A stretch of DNA of 64,000 nt. It comes from Hydrurus foetidus (taxonomy: Eukaryota). Shown here in pieces: positions 53,001 through 64,000 of the stretch. The stretch spans positions 1 to 64,000 of the forward strand of contig UYFQ01000373.1 in assembly GCA_900617105.1 (NCBI GenBank). Direction: 5' to 3'. The notes under the pieces were generated by a model that did no database searches, had not been told where the DNA came from, and was given only the letters and a program-made list of their open reading frames with translations. Numbering within the stretch: position 1 is the first letter of the stretch; each line of letters begins with the position of its first letter. A program made the translations under genes and the position numbers.

Positions 53001-54736
53001 AAGATCTCTAGACGTCAAGTTAACGCAATAATATCCGGATAATATCTGGAGTTGCACCCAAGATGAGAATCAGTATCCGGGTAAGGGTGTACATAATAAG
53101 ATTCTCAATTTTTCTCATTATCATTGCCTCGGCTCAGAGGAGGGTTAGAGTTCGAAATCTAAAATATGAAATGTTGAATAAAACTTAGAGGTCTCCAATT
53201 TTGTTTTCGGATTACCTCTTCTAGTGTCTGTTCAATTTCTTCGGGCTCAACTGCGACATGCTAAAAATAAATAAAAAATAAATAAATAAATAAATAAATA
53301 AAAGAAATTCAATACAGTGAAATTTTGAAACAAGGAAATTTCAAAAAGTCAAATTGACTGTATTTGCGATGTAAAATATTTTCAAGTTTAAAAATGGATG
53401 GGACAAAGATCTTTCTTGTGAAGAGAAGGATTAAAAGTATCAGAATAGGAGAGCGATTTCAGGTAAAAACACAGAACAAAAGAAACGCATTAACTGACTA
53501 CAAAATACGGAATACAAATAATATCAACCCCATTCCCTCACCCCCGTCCACTCTCCCACCCTATTTCCAAAGTAATTTTCATTTTTATTTTTATTTTCAA
53601 TTTTATTTTAGTGAGTCACTTACCGCAGTTTTTGGTCCTTTTTTCTCCATCGCTTTCCTTTTAATAATCGGTCTACTCATAGGGCCAAGCATGACACTGA
53701 CAGAGGGCGCTGTGAGGAACAGGCTACCCACATCATGACCTGTTGATAATGTTTTATACTTGTTATGTGTGATTAATAAATCAAATAATGCTGTTTTTTT
53801 GTGGGTGAGTCTGTCATAATAAAAAACAGATGGCTATTACAGATCATAATTATTTTGTGACGAATTAGTCAATGTATGAAGGTGATGAAAATATTGCATA
53901 AACGATGTATACAAAATACAAATAATCCCTTTATATAAAGAAGAGAAAACGAATACAAAACAAAACAACCGGACTTAAACGAGATTACAAAAACCTCCTT
54001 TTAAATGCTTGGATAAACTTTTAATAACATTTATACATAAGTCGCAAGAATACTGTTGTTTTTTTTCACCCAGATTTGACCACGAAAAATTGGTACTGGA
54101 GTCGTTGAACTTTTTCGTCAGAGAAGATACCCACGAAGAATAATCGTATCGGCTAAAAATAATAAAATAAGATTAGAAATATTGAGGCGAATTAAGAGTG
54201 AAATTTCACGCTTTAACGCAGGTGTAGAAGAATGAGAGGAATGTGTTGATATCACGGGGTATGATTTTCGCTTTCGACAACGTGCTGTAGTGTTGAGAAA
54301 GATATCGTGACATTGAGACGGCACAAATTCAATTCAACAATTTTTAAAATTCCAGCTGCACACAGTGCAGCAGTCATGAGATGAGGGGAATATGAACCGT
54401 TTTACAAATGAGCATAATAGGAAATGAGAAGTTATTCCTAACGATTTACCGAGAGGGGTCATCCATCTTAATGGCGATGGTATGGAAGATGCCAGATATT
54501 TCCTTGAACATCACAGCATCATCGCCCTGCTCTCTTGGATGGGTAATTTCGCCGCAGATTTTGTTGAGATTGTCAGCTGTTTCAATTAACAAACCGGTTC
54601 CGAAGTTTTCGAGTTCATCTCTATTATTCTGGATCGCGAGATGCGCTTCCTTATGCTGACCGCGGATCCCTCTCCGCTTTTTGTTCTCTGCTGCTGTTTT
54701 CAAACGATCCTCTTCCGTGTCATCAACGCCAGACAT
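50087..54736 (-). CDS. NSE4: Nse4 kleisin subunit of the SMC5/6 complex, multi-exon
   Basis: KKRRGIRGQHK...ITHPREQGDDA, FSWSNLGHDVGSLFLTAPSVSVMLGPM, DPEDPVQTIENLFDFAFLIK resemble the Nse4/Nse4_C motifs; acidic/basic tail ends at 50087. Confidence 0.8.
53023..53173. repeat. Dispersed repeat family F, copy 2 (Nse4 intron)
   Basis: Same conserved blocks as 29738-29879. Confidence 0.75.
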
Positions 54737-55204
54737 TGTGAAAGTTAATACTTATGACGATAAAGTACCAATGACTCGGAGGCTCAAATTCAATAATTTC
54801 GAACTGCGGGTGATCGAGTAATAACCACCGTTTCCAGCAGTATTTTTGGTACGTGATGCGATGTCTGAGGATCCCTGCCTTGCTTGGTCTCAAGTACTCG
54901 AAAGAAGATGCACTAGTGCATCAAATACTCTTTGAAGGCGCCTGCTTGACCTCTTCATATTCGTGATTTAAAATTCAAAATTCTTCAATTTTTTGAAATA
55001 ATTTTGAAAACTTGCTCCCCAAATCCCCAGAACCCAAATGCCCAAATGCTCAAACCAAAATGCCCCAAATGACCTAGAAATAGAAATAATAACCAATGGG
55101 CCAACCCCCTGTTTAGTGGAGAGATCACCAGTAAATTGATTGGGCCTTCCATCTCCCATCATTAAAACCTACTTGCGGGAATCCTAAAAAGTCTACAAAA
55201 AGAG
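54737..55204. promoter_or_regulatory. Probable bidirectional promoter between Nse4 and the DEAD-box helicase
   Basis: Head-to-head start codons ~470 bp apart; contains a degenerate CCCAAATG tandem at ~55017-55072. Confidence 0.5.
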
Positions 55205-58200
55205 ATGAGAGCCCACGCGTCTTTGCGGGGGACGAAACGGATCTTGAATCTTTCGAGGAGCTCATGCAATCCTCTATTCAGACTCCTTTCAACGAAGGAA
55301 GCCCAGATCGATCATCAAGATGGCTCTCCCACTTCACTGCAATCTAAAAGATTTGCAGTTGACAGAGATGAATCATTCCTACATGGTGATAATGTCTCCT
55401 TTCAATCGTGTGGATGCGCCCCCGAATTGGTGACTGCTCTTGACGTCGCAGGTTTCAGAATACCCACAGTCATACAAGTAAAGGCTTTCGCTGCTGTAAA
55501 CTCTGGTGCCGATATAATCATTGGAGCAGAAACTGGATCCGGCAAAACACTTTCGTATCTGATTCCTATTGCAGACATGTTGATTAGAAGATTTATTGAG
55601 AATGAGGCAAAAGGGGAACAAGTTTTACGATCCTTTCCCACAGTAGTTGTCATAGTTCCTAATAAGGAACTCTGTAAGCAAGTGACCAGAATGGCCAATC
55701 AATTCCTAAAGAATTTACCAAGAAATTTTGGCGTAAGCGTAGGTGCGCAACGGAAGCTTTTGTCATTCTTAATGTCTACTATATTCATTTTGCAATATCG
55801 AAGTCATAATAAAATCTAGTACAAAATCACATGTAGAACAATAAGATCTAGTTTAATTGCATCGATGTCTCTGTCTGCATCTGTGTCTACGTTTCAATCG
55901 TAAGTGAAACATATGAAATAGGCAAGAAAAGGCAAAATCAAAAAGACATAACAGCAATCCCAAATAACACAAATAACACTACTAATTCCAACTATCTCTT
56001 TTCCTAGGATCGTTCACCAACATTGCCGAAAAATGGCAATACGCCCACTCCCAATCATCACCAGCCATAGCAGTGTGCACACCAGCTTTTTTGGCCAATT
56101 TCGTTAAAGGCCCGAATATATTGGAGGAAGATTTGTTTGGTGGTTTAGAACACATAGTGCTGGATGAGGTAAGAATCTTTCTAAATAGACAGCACCTGAA
56201 GGGATTTTCTTGAAGCATATTTGACGAATATTGAGTGATTTACGTAGTTCTCAGCGGACAATTTCTAGTAGGAAAACATTGTATTCCTGTTTAGTTGTGA
56301 CTTCGGCAATAGCATTCGAACGAGAGATACACAGCGCGTTTGTGTACTTTATATCACTTTTTTCTCACATCATTATATCACTGATGCCTGTCTATCATCA
56401 GATTTATCACTGATCAATTTATCGCTGGTGTCTATTTTATACATGATAATGTTTCACTACTTCATGTTCTGTATCATACATTCTGTATCGTACATTCTGT
56501 TCTTACGTTCTATTTCGTACGTTCTTCAGGCCGACATGCTTCTTGACGGATCGTATAAAACGGATATGGACAAAATACTGACCGCATGCAAAGTAGCGCG
56601 TAGAAACATGGTGAAGAAATCTCTCATATCGGTAAGTGGACTTGTCCATCAAATATGCGAATGAATGATTCTAAAGATGTGTACCATGATTAACAATCCT
56701 TGATGTCAGACAGACGGACAATACCACCCCAAATCACTTACCACCCCAAGTTCGGGTGTTTTAATAAATACTACATTTTCCCAAGTCATTTTCTATACAT
56801 GGAGTATCTAATGTGCAATCGTGAATAGCGCACTACTGACACATTAGTAACGTACGTACCAACTGACGCAATTCTGACGCACGTATGATGTACTAACAAA
56901 TAACGTACGTACTTAGGCGGATGCGAAACCTCTTCGAAAGATAATAGTAGCTGCGACCCTTCCTTCTCATGGACTGAAATCCATAGAAACGGACATTGCG
57001 AAAAGGTTTCCCAAGGTGCTGATAAGTTTAGTTTTTTTCTTGCTGATATCATTGACATTGGACTTCTACGGTTGCATGTACAAGGTGGTGATGTTTCTCC
57101 TTCTTTCTTACCACCCCTTTCTGTCATCGATAATATTCATTTAGCTCCCTCAACACGAGTTTTAATTTTCTCTGACTATACACACGCACTTTCTCCTTCT
57201 CCTTCTGTTCTCCTCCCCTCCTCCTTCTTCTTCTCCTCCTCCTCCTTCTCCTTCTCCTCCTCCTTCTTCTCCTTCTTCTTCTCCGTCATCTTCTCTTCTC
57301 CCAAATGCATTCCCAGGCGATTCGAGTGACCAACGATTATTTCCACAAGCACCACCCTTGCATAGAACAAACATTCGTCAAGGTACATAAACACAATAAT
57401 GATAATTAATAGTACGTACGAACGGAATTGATGTATTTGGCCGCTTTTTCCTCTGTTGAATCGAGTCACTGAGCACTTAAAGTGCTCTTTCCACTGAGCA
57501 TTACTTGCCAATATCCTTCATTATTAGCTATTTATTATCAGCCTGCTCCATTTCTCAAAGTGAGTTATGACAGCAATTTCTTGCACATCATAACAGCTTC
57601 TAAAATTTGCTGCTAATTCATCAAATCAGATATACGGAGGTCTGCTGAGCGGTGTTAGAGTGGAATTAATTGTCAAGGCAATAAAAGAGGGTGGCACAAA
57701 TGTGGAATTAGATGCAACATCCAACGAATTAGATGAAACGGCCATGAAATTAGATGGCAATCAAGATTCTACCGGGCCAATAATTGGAGATGAACAAATC
57801 CAAACGATGGTGTTTGTTAACACAGCGAAAGAAACAGCATTGCTTGCTACTGCCTTGAGAGAAAAAGGTGTAGAATGTGCGGAATATCATAAGTACGTCA
57901 CTGATCCTGTACGAGAAGAAAATCTTCAACTTTTCAGAGATGGAAAAGTGCACGTACTAGTATGTACGGACCATGCGTCACGTGGCCTTGATATACCAAA
58001 TGTTCGACATGTAGTACAAGCTGAATTCGCCACTAATGTAGTGAAGTATTTACACCGCATAGGCAGAGCATCGAGAGCTGGTGTGATAGGAAATGCTACG
58101 AATATCTATGACGCACGATCTGAATTATTAGTCATGAGTATTTTGAGTGATGAAGATAATAAAAGTGTCAGTCAGTCGTTTAGTAGGAGAAGAGGATTTA

Positions 58201-58379
58201 GAAATAGAGTGAAAAAGGAATTGAACAGCGTGTCAGAACCGGATAGTGTGGGTCATCTTCTAGGTGATACGGTAGACCGAATCACACAGGATGGCATTTC
58301 TGTTGGTGAGGTGGATATAATTGATAAAAGTAATACTAATAATGGTGAGAAATGTGATTCTATTTCACCCGCGATATGA
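55205..58379 (+). CDS. DEAD-box RNA helicase, organellar RH22-like, 6 exons, transit-peptide-like N-terminus
   Basis: Q motif GFRIPTVIQ, AETGSGKT, PNKEL, LDEADMLL, AATLP, MVFVNT, CTDHASRGLDIP, YLHRIGRASR; Arg/Ser-rich leader. Confidence 0.93.
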
Positions 58380-58929
58380 CCTCTGTAATCATATAGTCTG
58401 CCGCTCGTAGTAAATTGTGAATTTAGAATTTAGTCATGTGCAGTAATTATTAATAAAGTCTCTCTTTCTCTTCAAGTTTTCAGTGCCTTTTTTGAGCACA
58501 ATAATATGCTCTTACGTACCGAATGATTAGATTACCGTATACATTACCTGAAAAATTTCCTTATCACGCGAGGGGCACTTCCGAAAATAGATTTTATTTG
58601 ACGTTGTTAGATTGACCATAGTTATTCAGTTCCTGATTACAAAGGACTTCTATCTTCTACAACATGATTTTCGCTCGCACAGTGCCTCCGTACTTTAACG
58701 GGGACGGGATAGTTACCCGGAACATTCCGCTGGGAGCTAGGATCCCGCACATATCCGGATAAACAAGAGTCAAGTGGAAGTCCATTCATTCAACCTATCA
58801 AAGCTTCCTCCCAGATAATCTCTTGAGAAGCTCAAGCAACGAGCAAAGTCGACAGCGTCAGTCACCGGAGAATCAAGCTCTTCGGATAACCTAATCTGAT
58901 TCGTTTTCGAAAGCTTTGATTGGAGCGAA

Positions 58930-63962
<5,033 letters not shown>

Positions 63963-64000
63963 GTAAGACAGTCTCTCTGGTGTTCTTCTTGTTTTTTCTT

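Overview
Eukaryotic, AT-rich, intron-dense nuclear DNA with the standard genetic code and GT-AG introns. It is most likely a plastid-bearing flagellated stramenopile (ochrophyte, possibly a chrysophyte), inferred from a tubular-mastigoneme-type EGF protein and several bipartite signal+transit-like leaders. Manual exon stitching supports about 11 genes: atypical Hsp70 (-, runs off the left edge), a small orphan (+), an alpha/beta hydrolase (+), a divergent G6PD-like gene (-), a mastigoneme/SIG1-like EGF protein (+), Nup62 (+), an M13 metallopeptidase (+), a cyclic-nucleotide-binding protein (+), Nse4 (-), a DEAD-box helicase (+) and a PPR-like/EngB GTPase (+, runs off the right edge). Introns hold long microsatellites, (TACG)n palindromes near splice sites, and several unrelated families of 140-240 bp mostly TA-bounded hairpin/MITE-like elements, some present twice. 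No rRNA, tRNA, CRISPR array or transposase was found. Exon coordinates were read by eye and may be off by a few bases.
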